64,000 nucleotides of DNA from Eledone cirrhosa (taxonomy: Eukaryota): assembly GCA_964016885.1 (NCBI GenBank), contig OZ024743.1, positions 15,810,001 through 15,874,000 on the forward strand. Reading direction: 5' to 3'. Position 1 is the stretch's first letter; each line of letters opens with the position of its first letter. The notes below the pieces were generated by a model. The model saw nothing but the letters and a program-made list of their open reading frames with translations, was not told the DNA's origin and did not search any database. This document shows positions 41,380-55,689 of this stretch, in pieces. Made by a program: the position numbers and the translations under genes.

Positions 41380-41930
41380 AATATGGGAATTCTGTAGGTT
41401 GATGACCTGGTTCTTATAGCTGAACCTGTTGACAGCAAAAGGCTTCTCTTTATGAACAAAGGTCTGGTTTTATGATGCCTAAAAGCAATAGTTAATACTG
41501 CATGGTAGCGAGACATGAGAAGTAAATGCATAGGATATGAGATGGCTAGAGAGAAATGAAACAAGCATGCTTTGATGGATGTGAAGTTTTAATGTGTCTG
41601 AATGGTGAATCATAAAATGAACTGAGATAAAAACTGCATAGAGAAGAATCAAATGTGTACATCAGATAAGAATAATCTTATGTGGACATGTACTGCATGT
41701 GGATGATGATCATTGGTGCGAAAAGGCCAATCCATCCTAGTGGAATTATGCTGCCATAGAGAAAAACAAAGAAATACCTGGTGGAGATGGTGAGAGATGC
41801 TCTCAAATCATTGAAGCTCCCAGAGGATATAATAAAGGAACATGAAGAGTGGAAGGATGCTGTGCTGATAAAAACCTGTTCAACCCATGCAAGAATGGAA
41901 AAGCAAACATAAAAAGGTGATAATGATGAT
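41380..41930 (+). mobile_element. Highly decayed RTE copy
   Basis: DDLVLIAE and LERNETSML motifs; 3' end ACCCATGC...GGTGATAATGATGATG. Confidence 0.6.
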
Positions 41931-44900
41931 GAAAGCCTATTGTTTCTTCATTTTAAAGTTTTGCATTTCCCTTTTGTGTTATTTTTTTGTGACATCATTT
42001 CATTGAATTATATGGCAAGAAATAAATATACATAACTATTAATTTTGTTTCCTTGTTAGTCAATACCAATTCTTTGGGGAAATCACTTTTCTTGCTTCAA
42101 TCTCTCACCACTAATATTGATCACTTCAATCACACATGAGGAACATTTGGTCACATCGAAGATAAATTAAACAAACCAACTGCAATAAACAGATATGCTA
42201 AATATATATCATCATCATTTAATTTCTGTTTTCCCTACTAGCAAGAGCTGGATGATTCTTCAGACAAAATCAATACTTAAGCGGAGTTGCTGACCAGTTA
42301 TATGGGCTGGAGTCCTACATCTCACATATATTCCTGCTCTCTACCAAGTGCATATTATTATGGCAACAGCATAAGATGATTGTCATGTCAGCTGAAGCGT
42401 CCAAATGTTCATTTATTCAGAAAGTTTTCTATGACTGGATGCATTTCCTATCAGTAACCACTTTACAGTTGTGATTATCATGTACATTATCATCACTAAG
42501 GACATTGTCATGTCTTTGACACAATTGAATGGTTCTCCTAACCCTTTGTTTCACAAACTTTCTAAGACTTGATGCCTTTTCTATCACCAAACATACCAAC
42601 CATTTTACAGGGTGTAATGGATACATTTATTGTATAGATTATCAACCCTAGAAATATTTCCATACTGTTAACACAACTCTGTGTGTGTGTGCATGTTTAT
42701 GTAAATATATTCAACTAACACTAAGAGAGCTCTATATTTTTTTAAGATAGAGCTACTTATACAAACCTGTTCATGAGCTATATGCATCTATCAAATTTCC
42801 AGCAATTATAACGCACATATTATATTCTGAGTCTTCAACAAAACCCCTGGCTCTTTGGCAACCATTTCTACTACATTTTGTTCTGCAGCTGCTTTAGATG
42901 AAAGAAGATATGTCTAAGTTATATGAAGAATAAAACATGCCTAAGCAGTGTCACAATAATAAATATGAAGCAAAGTATGCTAACATGTCTGTTGTCAAAA
43001 TTGAAACCTAAATAATTGATGTTTTTACTGCTAAGAAAGGCAGAAAACAATATTTCTTTTAAGTTTCTTGTTATGTGATTTGTGCTGTGTATCATCAATC
43101 AATAGGGAGACTTTTCATCATAAACTGGTTTTTGCATATTTATTGGTGTAAAAGTGTGTGCAAATCAAACCTGCTGTCCCAAAAGCTCCATCTACTCAAG
43201 AGAATAAAGGATTTAACTCTCTAAAATCAGTTGTCTTTAGTACATTTTTGGAACCATGAATCTCAATTTTAGACATGAGAATTTAAAACATACACCATCA
43301 CTATGTTTAGGTTGCTTTGATCTCTGCTATGTACTGGATTAAATCTGGAGTGCTCTCATAAATAAGAATATTGTTCCTATTAATTTAAACATATAGACTG
43401 CTGCTTTGAATTGAGACTAAAATATATATACATATCTAGAAATAGTTCATAGACTGGAGATCAAATCAATTAGTACATGATATTAAATAAAAGTTTCATC
43501 TTTAAAAAATATTCAGAAAAATGTAAATTTTGCTTAAATGTTTGATGCAACTTCTTCAATCAAGAGATCCTTTTTTGAAATCCTATTATAAATGGTTTTA
43601 TTATAAGTTTTGTTAGGGAAAAGAGGTCATGCTTATTGAAAAGTAGACATTTACTTAAATAAAAACACATTGTTGATAAAGAAGGGGGATTTAAATGCTT
43701 ATTGTAAAACATGTGCATGCACACACACATTAACATAACATGAAGGATTATGATAATTTTTCATGTATGTATGAAAAACTTGAATATAGTTGGCCACTCG
43801 CAGGCGTGAACTAAGCTGTACTAATCAAATCCATACTAAAATTCCCTAGTATCACCCTACATTTGCTTTGCTCTCACTACCCTCATAAGTCTATGAACTG
43901 GTTATTTCAATGTGTCTTCCTTGCTATACTTCAGGTTAACGCCTTCTCCATTCTGTTTGTTGGGACCACAAGGCAGCTTGTGCCTAAAGTTTTGCATGCC
44001 AGAGAATACTGGCTGTGCTTGTATCATTCGAGTAATGGTGGCATAGGTTGCTGATATCTATGACAACTATTGACATGCACAGACAAACAGCAGCATCAAT
44101 AAAGTGTTCAGTCAGTTTGTCATTTATGTTTCTTAAATGAATTAGAAGTACAATGGAAAATAGGAAAAGTGAACAGGATCACCTTTGGCAATAGAACCAT
44201 ATGTTTATTGTCTACCATACAACTGTAATATCAATAATACCAAAACAAGCTGACAACATCTAACCATCAAATTATCATTTGTAAATATCTCACTGGATAG
44301 GCTACTACTGTTTATGTCCACTTGAATGCTATATAAATTGACACCAAATCTGACACTAGATACTGAAGAGTATATATGCAGTAAATAGCAGAGATCAAAT
44401 TAAATGGTCAGAGAGGTTATGGAGAAAAACTTAATGAAGATTTCATTATGAAATAATTGTTTCTATTTTAGGCACAAGGCCAGCAATTACCCAGTACATT
44501 ACTGGTACTTTATTTTATCGACCCCGTAAGGATGAAAGGCAAAGTTAACCTCGGCTTGATTTGAACTTAGATCATAAATGGACGTAACTCTATGCTTCAA
44601 AGCATGGTGTCCGACTCTCTACCGATACTGCCAATCCACCACCCTTATTATGAAATAATGACACACAGCAATACAATTTACAGCGTTGCATGGTGGTTAA
44701 TTGTCATTTGAATTTCTCTTCATGTTTCAAATTATACTTCTGTCCATGTATACATATATACACCAAAATGCAATACATGATTTGTCCTAAATGACTATGA
44801 ATAAAAGTAAGACAGGCAATTTATGCTGTGAAGAATAGAAAAGTTTTAACACTAGATCATAAACTGAATATAATAGATACATGATGGTTGTGAAAGCAAA

Positions 44901-46879
44901 GCAAATATACTGTGAGACTTGGGAATTTTAGCATGGATTTGATCAGTACAACGTTTTCCCTGAAAAACGTCATCATGTTAGTATATATAAAGCAAATCAA
45001 AAGATAATTGTATGACACACATACATGTACTTTTAAATATTATAATCCAATTTACAGTAACATTTATGTTTCCTTAATATTATGATTTATTAGACTTCAT
45101 CAAATTTGTTCTTTTTCTTCTTATGAATATTTATATACACACATTACAACTCTTCAGGTGCAGATCTCTAACAATTAGAGTTAATTGTACTCTTCTAAAA
45201 TGAAATGTCTAGGAATTGAAGTATACATGAAGCAAATTTGCTAAGAAATAAATTCAAGAATTTAATTGAAAGCACTGCCCATTAAAAGATTAGTGAAATT
45301 ATGTTTAGTGTATCAATTATATTTTGAGTTTGTTGTGACTTCCTCATTAATGTTTAAAATATAACATTAGCTTAGATATAAATTGTTAGAGATAATGCTT
45401 CAGATTAGAAAGTTCAAATTTAATTAGGAAACTACAGTTAATTACATCTAGTCTATAATATACAATTTGTGTGCTCAATTCTATTGTCATTTTTAATGTG
45501 TAGCACTATCAGAATTTTATGCCTTAGTAAACAAATTTCTCAGTTAAGAGATGAATTATAAAGTTGACATTAAGTGTTTTACAATATTATGATGTATTCT
45601 AATCACTTAATCTATATTTGATGCATAGCTACATCATTTACTATGGGAAGCAGAGTGAGTGTATGTGTATGTGTATACAATGCCATTACAAAGGTCCAGT
45701 ATTATCTGCATTTATAAAAATAAGGTAACTGGTGAGAATTGGTGATCAAATGGGTGGAAATGTTGTGTAGATATATATATATTAAGAAACAAATATTAAA
45801 GTACCTGAAAAATAGAAATCATTGCAAGTTATAACAAAATTCTTATATAACCATATTCTTTTATAAAGTGTCTTTGTATTTGAATCCATAATTCTCTCCC
45901 TGCCTCTCTCTCTCACACACACACATTCATCAACAACTACAATTCTAAATAACCATGAAAGCTAATCTCATAAAAGGCATATAATCTGCATTATAATCCA
46001 AAGTCTGATTGTAACACAAACCTATGAAATATTTAATTATAGTTGTCAACAGAAACTCGTCCTCCTCCGCTTTCTTCTTCTTCTTCTTCATCTTCTTCTT
46101 CTTCGTCGTCTTCGTCTTCTTATTCTTCTTCTACTACAGTTTTGTTTCCATTTCTTGCCAAGTGTCTTCCCAACATCGAGGGCAGAAAAATTCACTGCAT
46201 AAGCCACAAAATAAAAAATCACCAGATTATTCATGTCAGACACTTTACACAGTTACAAATATATCATTGGCTTTATACATGTGCACATTATCTCTTGAAA
46301 ATCATATAAGAGTGTTCAATTATTTACAACTTAATAATTATGAAATTCTAAACTATAATAAAGGAAGGTCTGCGGGATTGCGTACGGTTTATTTTTTTTC
46401 ATCTCGTTTGTAAAATAAGTTGGATTACTTTGAATAAATAATGAATGAATATTATATAATTTATCTACTAAATGTTGTGGCTGTTCATTAAATATATTTT
46501 GTTTATTTAAAGATTCACTTCTTTAAAATTTCTGATATGTCAACACTTCCGGTGGCGATCGCTTAAATAAACATACTAATTTTCCGTCACTACTTTTCTC
46601 CTAATGCAGTTTATATATAATATCGTCTTTTTTAATGTATCATGGATTACGTTACTGATTAAATAAGACAGTGTAACACAGTCTTCGTTCAATTACTATG
46701 TATTACATATTGTCAATTACGATTTTATTTGATGTAACATATCTACATGTATATATATTTGCGTATAATATCAATATACACACTACACATGCTAGCAGAA
46801 AACCACCAGTAGTATGGTTTTTCTGCTAGTATAATGTAATAAGGTTAAGTAAAAAAATTACATCGATGGTGCTCTCTTC

Positions 46880-47600
46880 AATACATGTGCCATAACAGTT
46901 CAAACAATTTTTTGCACTTCTTGCAGTGATTGACCACCTTGAAATTCCATATTCTTTCAATTTCAATTAGCAAATCTTTATACTTTCTGTCAAATACTTT
47001 TACTGCAATATTGTGATCACAGGGGATGCTTATATCAATCAATAAATATACTCTGTTATTTTGGTATTTTACAATAATATCTGGTATGTTAGCTTTGGTG
47101 TTCAATTTTCTCCTTCAGTTACAGCCTTAGGGTTATGCTTATATCACGTGCCAGCTGTTTTGATTTTATAATACCAACATATTAATCTGTGTAGATATTG
47201 CTCATCTCTGTCATACCTTGATTTATACTCTACTAGTGCTAAATGTTTACATCCAGAGATTAAATGTTCCACTGTTTCAATCACTTCATTGCAGAATCAG
47301 CACTTTGCATCAACTCCATTTCCTATCATATTGGCTGAGTTAATAAGCTTTGATCTGTAGAATTTAAGATGAAGCCTTCACTTTCTACCTTTAGCCCTGC
47401 GCTATGAGTGTGCACTGATGAATATGCTTCTGGTCAACATCAGCTTGTTTGCTACAGGCTGCTTTCTTCCCTCTTTTCATAGTGAGTACAGAGCATTTGG
47501 AAATCCCAAATTCCATACCAATATCACTACATATTTGGACTATTTTAACCAATGAGTCTATTTGGTTTACACAACCCCCAAATAGTTGCAGGTCATCCAT
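46880..47600 (-). mobile_element. R4/Dong-like non-LTR retrotransposon relic (RT, CCHC, restriction-like endonuclease)
   Basis: MDDLQLF...DIGMEFGISKC; C*FCNEVIETVEHLISGC; NIPDIIV...LLIDISIP...KYKDL. Confidence 0.82.
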
Positions 47601-49090
47601 TTTTTTATGAATGACCCTTGTTTATTATTATTATTGGCTGTATCTGCCATTCTGATTTCAAATCCCGCCCAGATTAACTTTGCCTTTCATCCTTACAGGG
47701 TCGAATAAATAAAGTACCAGTAATGCACTGGATAACTTGTGCCAAAAGTAGAAACAATTATTTAAAGGTCTGCATCACTCACTAATGACCTTCGTTTTGC
47801 ATCTAGTAAGTTTCCCTCCAAGGTACAAACCTGAACAAGGTTTGTTTGTGGAAGACCAGCAGTCTCCCCTCTCTGCACCACCGAATCAAACTCACACCCT
47901 CTCAATTGCAAGCCCAATGCTCTAATCATTAATCCATGTGACTTCACAAAACAAGGAGCATGTCTGCATAGATTTTCTCCACCAATAAAATCAAAAACAG
48001 TGAAATAAACATTGCTTGGTGCTCACCTTAATTCAACATCATAGTTGCCACAGCTCTAAGCTCCTTAAGCAGTATTACCTACTACAGGATCTTTAATAAA
48101 AATGGTTTTAAAATGTTGAATTCTACTTCTTCAAAATTTCACTATAATTTAGCGTCTTATATAAAAGCTAAGATTTATAAAACTATCAAAATCAATAATT
48201 ATCAACATATCAATCTATGTAACTGCTTTGATATCAATAAATGCCTTCTGGAATTTAACAGTATGGTAAAATATATCGTAAAGCTTACATCAGTGTTGGA
48301 TTAAACCCATTTCAATCATGCTTTTATTTGTTTAATAATTTCATTAAAAAACCTGACAGAAGGAAACAAAATTTCAAATATCTTGTTTCTAATGAAAATT
48401 CAATACTATATCAAATATAGATTTTAGGGTTAAAACTTATGAGAACAATGACAATTCCTGCAATTTATGCAACATGAAGTGAAACAAAATATTCAAATGA
48501 CATTCAGAAATGACTAGGATATGCAATCATAAAAATGAGATAGAAAATTTTCTAGATGAACAACTTTCCACACTGGTAGCATTGGCATGTGTCTCCATAT
48601 GTGTATATCTACTAGTGTGTTTAAGTATTATATTTTCTCTAATTCAATTCATTGAATATTTCATGTTCTGAAATCATCTCCTAACTAATCAGTTTTCCCA
48701 TTCACTATTGTTAACTGTTGTAAGTCCATCAGAATTGTTTCCATATTGTTATATTTTCTCATGTATGTGTCCTTTAACATTGATTTTACTTTGATTCGGG
48801 TAACATTTTAACTGACTTCATTAAACATTTCATCTTTATTTCATGCTATCTTGACATTTAAAAAAGTGTAACAAAAAGCCTGAGAATTTTATATTATGAA
48901 TCAAATAAAACACTTTAAACTCTATATACATAATGCATAAGGTATGATCAATTAGACAGTGGCTACTTCTGTATACCAATAGAACTTTCCTATATATATA
49001 TATATATGTGTATGTCTCTTATGGTAGCTAAGATGCTTCCATAGGCAGTATGCCAGTTGAGAACTCTATGCACTTACAGAACAGAGTATG

Positions 49091-49447
49091 ATAGAATAGA
49101 AAACGAAAAATCAGTGATGCATCCGAGCTCAATTTATTGTGTGTTACAATTGTTTCGCCGGTGGACAACTCGAGATGCGATCATTGTGTGGATCTATCTG
49201 ATTCTAGACTCGCAGCTTCGACGGACACATCTAATGATTTCGGAGCATATTCTCTAAAAGAATATACTCCGAAATCAGAATGAGAGAATATACTCTGAAA
49301 TCATTAGACGTGTCCGTCAAACCAGCGGGTCCAGAATTAGACAGATCCACACAATGATCGCGTCTCGAGCTGTCCGCTGGCGAAACAATTGTAACACACA
49401 ATAAACTGAGTTCAGATGAATCACTGATTTTTCGTTTTCTATTCTAT
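49091..49447. repeat. Inverted repeat (~165-bp arms) of a PLE-like terminus with the 3' half of a hammerhead
   Basis: 49091-49255 vs 49284-49447; each arm has GGCGAAACAATTGTAACACACAATAAA. The tail recurs at ~51390-51423. Confidence 0.8.
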
Positions 49448-49700
49448 ATATATATATAGAATAGATTAGAGCAAATATATATATATATATATATAGAATA
49501 GATTACAGCAAACATCACAGGCGCTCTATCTCAAAATTATTTTTGAAAAGCATTAGAAATGCGCAACCGGTAAAAACTTAAAAATAAAACTGAATACTAA
49601 CCAATACTTATTACTAATTTATACTTATTCCTAATTAAACTATTTTTCACTGGGAAAAATTTGTCAGCATTTTCTTTTCCTTTTACTAATATTTATATAT

Positions 49701-50822
49701 CATCATCATCATCATCATCGTTTTACGTCCGTTCTTCCACGCTAGCATGGGTTAGACGGGTTGTCCTGTTGTGGGCAGTGTCTGGTCGGCTGACCATGCC
49801 TTGCTCATACAGGAACTGATCTGGCTTGATTTCTACAGCTGGATGCCCTTCCTAACACCAACCTCATTTACAGTGAGTGCTGGGTGCTTTTTCGTGGCGC
49901 CTACACGTCCACTTTACAGTGTGGGCTGGGTGCTTTTTTGCCGTGGCACCTCCACGACCACCTTGCGGTGGGGGGGAGTGGGGGCATATTGTTTATATGC
50001 TTCAGCATGTACCCATGGGAGGTCGGGTACCCTGTATTACTGCGTGACGCCAGAAGTCACGGTCGTGTGTCATTGACTTTGAGAGGTGTAGTTGGGTAAG
50101 GTCAGCTTTTATCACCTCATCCCAGGTCATCTTGGGTCTCCCCACTCCGCGGTTTCCATCAACTTCTAGTGCTCTGCACCTTTTTATGCAGCTGTCATCC
50201 TTCATACGCATCACATGTCCATACCAGCGTAACCGCCTCTCCTGCACGCAGCATTTGATTCCTCTTATGCTCAGTCTCTCTCTCAAATCCTTTATGCTTT
50301 GTCGTTCACGTATATTAGTGTTACACATCCATCGGAGCATGCAGGCTTCGTTTCTCTCTAATCTACGTAAGTCTTCCACCTTCAGCGCCTAGGTCTCACT
50401 ACCATGCAACATCGCTGTTCGGATACACGCATCATACAGTCTGCCTTTCATTCTGAGGGAGAAGCCTTTTGCAGCTAGCAGTGGTAGTAGTTCCCTAAAC
50501 TTCTTCCATCTCGTTCTTACCCTAGTTATTGTACTTTCTGAGCACCCAACTCCGTTGCTAATTCGGTCACCTAGGTAGCAGAAGCTGTCTACTGTTTCTA
50601 CAGGGCCCTCCCAGAGATTGGTGGTACTTGTTTCCTGTGGCTGTTTGCTTGCTGTTTCAGCACAGCTGCTGCATGTGAATCCTACATTCTTAATTAAGCT
50701 TCCTGAGATCCCGCTACATCTCTTGTGTACCCATTGTTTGCATTTGGGGCAGAGAATGGAGTTCCTACCTACACCTTTCCTACATACTGAGCAAGGCCAT
50801 TTCCCTGAGGGGATCTGGGTTC
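49701..50822 (-). mobile_element. Young 5'-truncated RTE LINE with PHD-like finger
   Basis: WPCSVC...CPKC...HKRC...TCSSC, ETVDSFCYLGD and RRLRWYGHV motifs; one in-frame stop near 50390; (GAT)n tail. Confidence 0.95.
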
Positions 50823-51433
50823 ATATATATATGGAGGAGTGTCTACACACACATATATAATAATCATCATCACATTTGAACATCTATTTTTCATGCTTGC
50901 ATGGGTTAGATTCGTTGTTACTTTCTGTGAATAAAGTGGTCAGATTACATCTTGTCCATATGTTCTATTTTTGGCTTTGTTTCTACAACTCAATGCCCTC
51001 CATAATGTCAATAACATTAGTGAATGTACAGAGAGCTCTTAATCATTGCACCAGCACTACTATGAGGAATTGGTGATTTTTGTCATGGCACTATACATAT
51101 ATACACAGACACAGTCACACAGATACAGACTCGCAGGCGCAGACACACATACATGCACACACATATATACAGTTGTTTAAGTGTGTGAATATTAATGCAA
51201 ACAATATAATATATATATGGTTTCATTCATTTACAGAATAATATAAACCTCTAGATTCACAGAGGTATGCACCCAAACATAATTTACAACATGGGTCAAA
51301 CATTTAGCATACAATATTTAAATGGTTTCAGTTATTTGCTTGTGACTATGCTGGAGCAGCACCTTGATGGGATTTAATCTATTATATATCAGATGCATCA
51401 CTGATTTTTCGTTTTCTATTCTATATATATATA

Positions 51434-51806
51434 TGGCTTAGTGGTTAGAGCATTGGACTTGCAATCGAAAGGTTGTGAGTTTAATTCTCAGACCGGGTGA
51501 TGTGTTGTTTCCTTGAGCAAGACACTTTATTTCACATTGCTCCAGTTGACTCAGCTGTAGAAATGAGATGATAGGGACTAAGGTCCCTATCATTCCCTTG
51601 CAAAGTGGTCATGGAGGGGCCATGGCAAAAAAACACCCAACCCACACTGTAAAGTGGACGTGTAGGCGCCACGGAAAAAAAGCACCCAGCACTCACTGTA
51701 AATGAGGTTGGTGTTAGGAAGGGCATTCAGCTGTAGAAATCAAGCCAGAATCAGTTCCCGTCCCACCCTTTCAAGCAGGGAAAAGCGGACGTAAAATGAT
51801 GATGAT
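51434..51806 (+). mobile_element. SINE family B copy
   Basis: Closely matches the reverse complement of 22523-22910. Confidence 0.9.
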
Positions 51807-51975
51807 ATTATCTGAGTAATTTGTCTCTTACTTATTTTCTTGACCCCATAAGATTGATTAGCGAAGTTGACTTTGCCATAAAAATGATAACCAAATAATG
51901 TAAGTTATTTCATATAACTGAGTGTTTACAAACCCTTCCCAATACACACACACACATACACACACATACCCCACC

Positions 51976-52024
<49 letters not shown>

Positions 52025-53583
52025 CATGCAGCTGCCATCCACAGAATTTCCAGCAACCAAATTTCATTTACAAGTCTTTGGTCAACACAGCTGTGGTAGG
52101 CTACATTTGACTAAATTGTCACCCAGTAGAATAGAACCTACAACTATCTGATTATGTAACAACCCTCTTGTCAACACAACAGACATTTATGCAAACTGTA
52201 TCTATCAAAATCAATAACATTGACTGACTACCAATTTCATGTTATCTGAGATTTACTAAAAACTGACTATCAGAATTTAACCATCTCAGAAAAAAACAAC
52301 TCAGAAAAAACAAAAAACAAATGAAATAAAAAAATTGAATGATCAAAGTGTCTCTGAACATATATGAAAGATCACTTTATCCTTTACAGATTTAGCATTT
52401 CTACATCAACACTTTCATGACCATGATTCTAATGAAATATACTGCCTCTCTGTTTCTATTCTTAAATTGTCAAGAATTTTAAATAATTTAGTAAAATAAG
52501 TAACATTTTCATTATCGAGAGTGTGTTTGAAATATAAAATTAATGTATATAAAATGATGATAGAATGTTTTATTTTAAATATAAAATCTTTAAAACGGTA
52601 GGTCTGTATTACAAAGTCAGAAACTGTCTGATTTCAGTAACAGTTATTCTATTAGGAACTGCTATGATCAAACAGAACAAAGTGAAATCTCTGAATTTGA
52701 TTCTCTGGGGCCAATTTGAAATAACTGTAGCCCATATTACTGCTGAGATATGTACCTCATTTCAGCATAATAATTGTTTCTACGTTAGGCACAAGGCCAG
52801 CAATTACCCAGTGTATTACTGGTACTTTATTCTATCGACCCCGTATGGATGAAAGGCAAAGTTAACCTCAGCGGGATTTGAACTCAGCATAATAATGGGT
52901 TTTGATTACTGCACAAGGTCAACAATCTTTGAGGAATAGAAAGTTGATTAAATCAACCCCAGTACATTACAGGCACTTTATTTTATTGACCCGGTAAAGA
53001 TGAAAGGCAAAGCTAACCTTGTTGGGATTTGAACTCAGAACGTAAAGGGCCATAACTCTAAGCCACTAAGCATGTTGTCCAACACTCTGCCAATTCTGCG
53101 AATCCACCACCCTGTCATATCTGCATGATATAATTAAATAAAATAACTGAACCAAAGCTTGACCCACATGTGAACATGATAATTCAATGGGAAAATCTTA
53201 TAAATTATTAAGCCTCAGCTTTCATGAAACAACAGCAATATGACCTTAAAATCTTCTATTTTCTCATAAAAGGAAGGATTCATTTAATATGTACCAAGAA
53301 AACGATGGGTAAATCATGACTAGAATAATTTTGATCAATGATATTCCTACAAATAGCAACACTATTAATAACCAAACAGAAATGTTTTATGTGGCCCCAT
53401 CAGAGCTGAGCTGATTTACATGAAAAAAACATACATCATATTTATGCAATCACTAGACCTGCTTGTTATAACAGCCCAAACCTTTTAAAATCACACCTCA
53501 CCATCTTAAAAATATAGATTTAGCTGCATGCTCCACCTATTCAACATAGCAGAAGACATTGATCACTGTACACACATACACAC

Positions 53584-53616
<33 letters not shown>

Positions 53617-54002
53617 TATTTAACATCTACTTTCCCTATTAGTGAGGGTTCGACAGGTCTACATTGACAAAGTTAGTACTGAAACAGGGCTACTAACTCC
53701 TAGACTGACTGGGAGGTCTACATTTCTTTTATATACGGTCTTATGTTCTATCGAATGCATAGCAGAGGTTTTCATGTCTTTGACACAATTAATCATCTGA
53801 TCCAGAAATATTATATTTCAAATATGCCCTTTGGCAGCCATCTTGTTATCCATAGGCAGTTCTCACACAATGCAGCCTCGACAGATGAATACTGCTTGAT
53901 TATGGCTGACAACTGATGCAACCAAGACACCATAGTAAACCAATATATGGAACATTATATTATGTAACATTATCACATTATTTTAATTTATATTCCTTTG
54001 AA

Positions 54003-54122
54003 GTTCCGATGAGCCACTCTGTCTCTTAAATATGTTAATTATTTTCAACTGAACCAGATCAATTATGATATATAGTCATCTGATCCAGAAATATTATATG
54101 GAGTGGCGAAACAATTGTAAAC
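54003..54122 (+). ncRNA. Hammerhead motif (CCGAUGA variant) with long stem II
   Basis: GUU-CCGAUGA-GCCACUCU...GGAGUGGC-GAAA-CAAUUG-UA-AAC. Confidence 0.72.
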
Positions 54123-54405
54123 GGACATTATTATTATTATTATTCTCTACATTCCTTACATCAAACTAAAATATGTTGACAATCTTTTAATAATGTCTTC
54201 CTTGTGAAATTTGTGGTCTTGTTTTGCTTAACTAATGAATATTTCCAGCTCTGCGCACCTAAGTTCTGCATGAACCCAGCCACCTAGCTGCTTTCTACTG
54301 CATATTGCACATTGAACACATGCCTTTACGCTTTGGCTTCTAACTAATTCACCAATCTCTCCTCTCATATCTCCATCTCTCTCTTTAAGATTGGTTACTC
54401 TTGAA

Positions 54406-54457
<52 letters not shown>

Positions 54458-54787
54458 AAGGGTTGTGGAAGTATCACTGAGGGACAGGTGTTGATTGATA
54501 ATTACTGGTAATTCTGACATGTGTTTTGGTACATTACATAACGTAATATCCAATGACAGGCCTATGGAATCTAGATTAATAGTCAATTGATTACTTCATA
54601 CTCATCAGCAATGTATTGTAAAACTTTATTGCAACCAGAGAAACCCAGACTAAGATAGCTGTAAAGGAACCTATTAATCAACTTAACTGTAGCATGGCTC
54701 TGAAAAACTCCTGGCATACAAGTAGAGATAGGAGCATTAATCATTCTACATATAGAGACCTCATCCATATAAAAGCTAGATAAACAG

Positions 54788-55071
54788 TCTAAAGTCTGTC
54801 TTGAGCCAGAAGGCTCATTTGGCCGGTGCTTATCCCGGTTTCATGGCATGAAGCGACTGAGAGTACAAGACTACCCCCTGGACAGGACGCCAGTCCATCG
54901 CAGGGTTAAACCTCCAGCTATTGCAGGTACTTATTTTCAGCTGAGTAAATTGGAGCAACGTGAAATAAAGTGTCTTGCTCAAGGAAACAACACATCACCC
55001 GGTCCGAGAATTGAACTCTCAACCTTTCGATTGCAAGCCTACTGCTCTAATCACTAAGCCATGCGCCTTCA
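54788..55071 (-). mobile_element. SINE with family B head and a different tail, 12-bp TSD
   Basis: TSD CTAGATAAACAG at 54776-54787 and 55072-55083. Confidence 0.9.
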
Positions 55072-55083
55072 CTAGATAAACAG

Positions 55084-55400
55084 AAGATGGATGAAATCAT
55101 ATGTTACAAGGGCACAAACAACTATGGATATGTGTTTCTTGTTAAACCATATTAACTATCCTTTTCATCAACAAAGAACTTTGTCATTGAACCCACCAAC
55201 AACGTGTTTAAAATTACGTGTAAGAATCAACTTGTCTGGTTGGGACATGTCATATGACTCCCAAGTGACAGACATGCTAATCAGATCCTGTATTGGTACC
55301 TCCATGGAAAGTGGCAAAGAGAACATCCCAAGATGAACTGACACCCGGCAATATAATTTGGAATAATTTATTGATAGATGTAACTGGCTGTCGAGTACTT
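55084..55400 (+). mobile_element. Old RTE C-terminal relic adjoining the SINE insertion
   Basis: WLGHVI.LPSDRHANQILYWYLHGKWQREHPK. Confidence 0.6.
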
Positions 55401-55689
55401 TGGCAGCCACATGTATATCAAGACATGGGAGTCTCTAAGTTTAAATCTAAGTAATATATATCATCATCATCTTCTTTTTTTTTTACATTCATTTTTCCAT
55501 GCTAGCAAGAGTTAGATGAGTTGTCCAGTTGTAAGACAAATCAGATCAGATGACTGTATCTTGCTCATACAGAACTGTTTCTAGCTTGGTTTCTATGGCT
55601 GGATACCTTTTGTAATGCCAACCACATTTTCAATGTAGGCTGGATGCTTTTTCACCAGTACCTTTCAATGTGGATAGGGTGTTTTCCGT

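Noticed and set aside
46792-46829. Hairpin CTAGCAGAAAACCA...TGGTTTTTCTGCTAG
   Set aside because: Isolated short inverted repeat with no supportable function.
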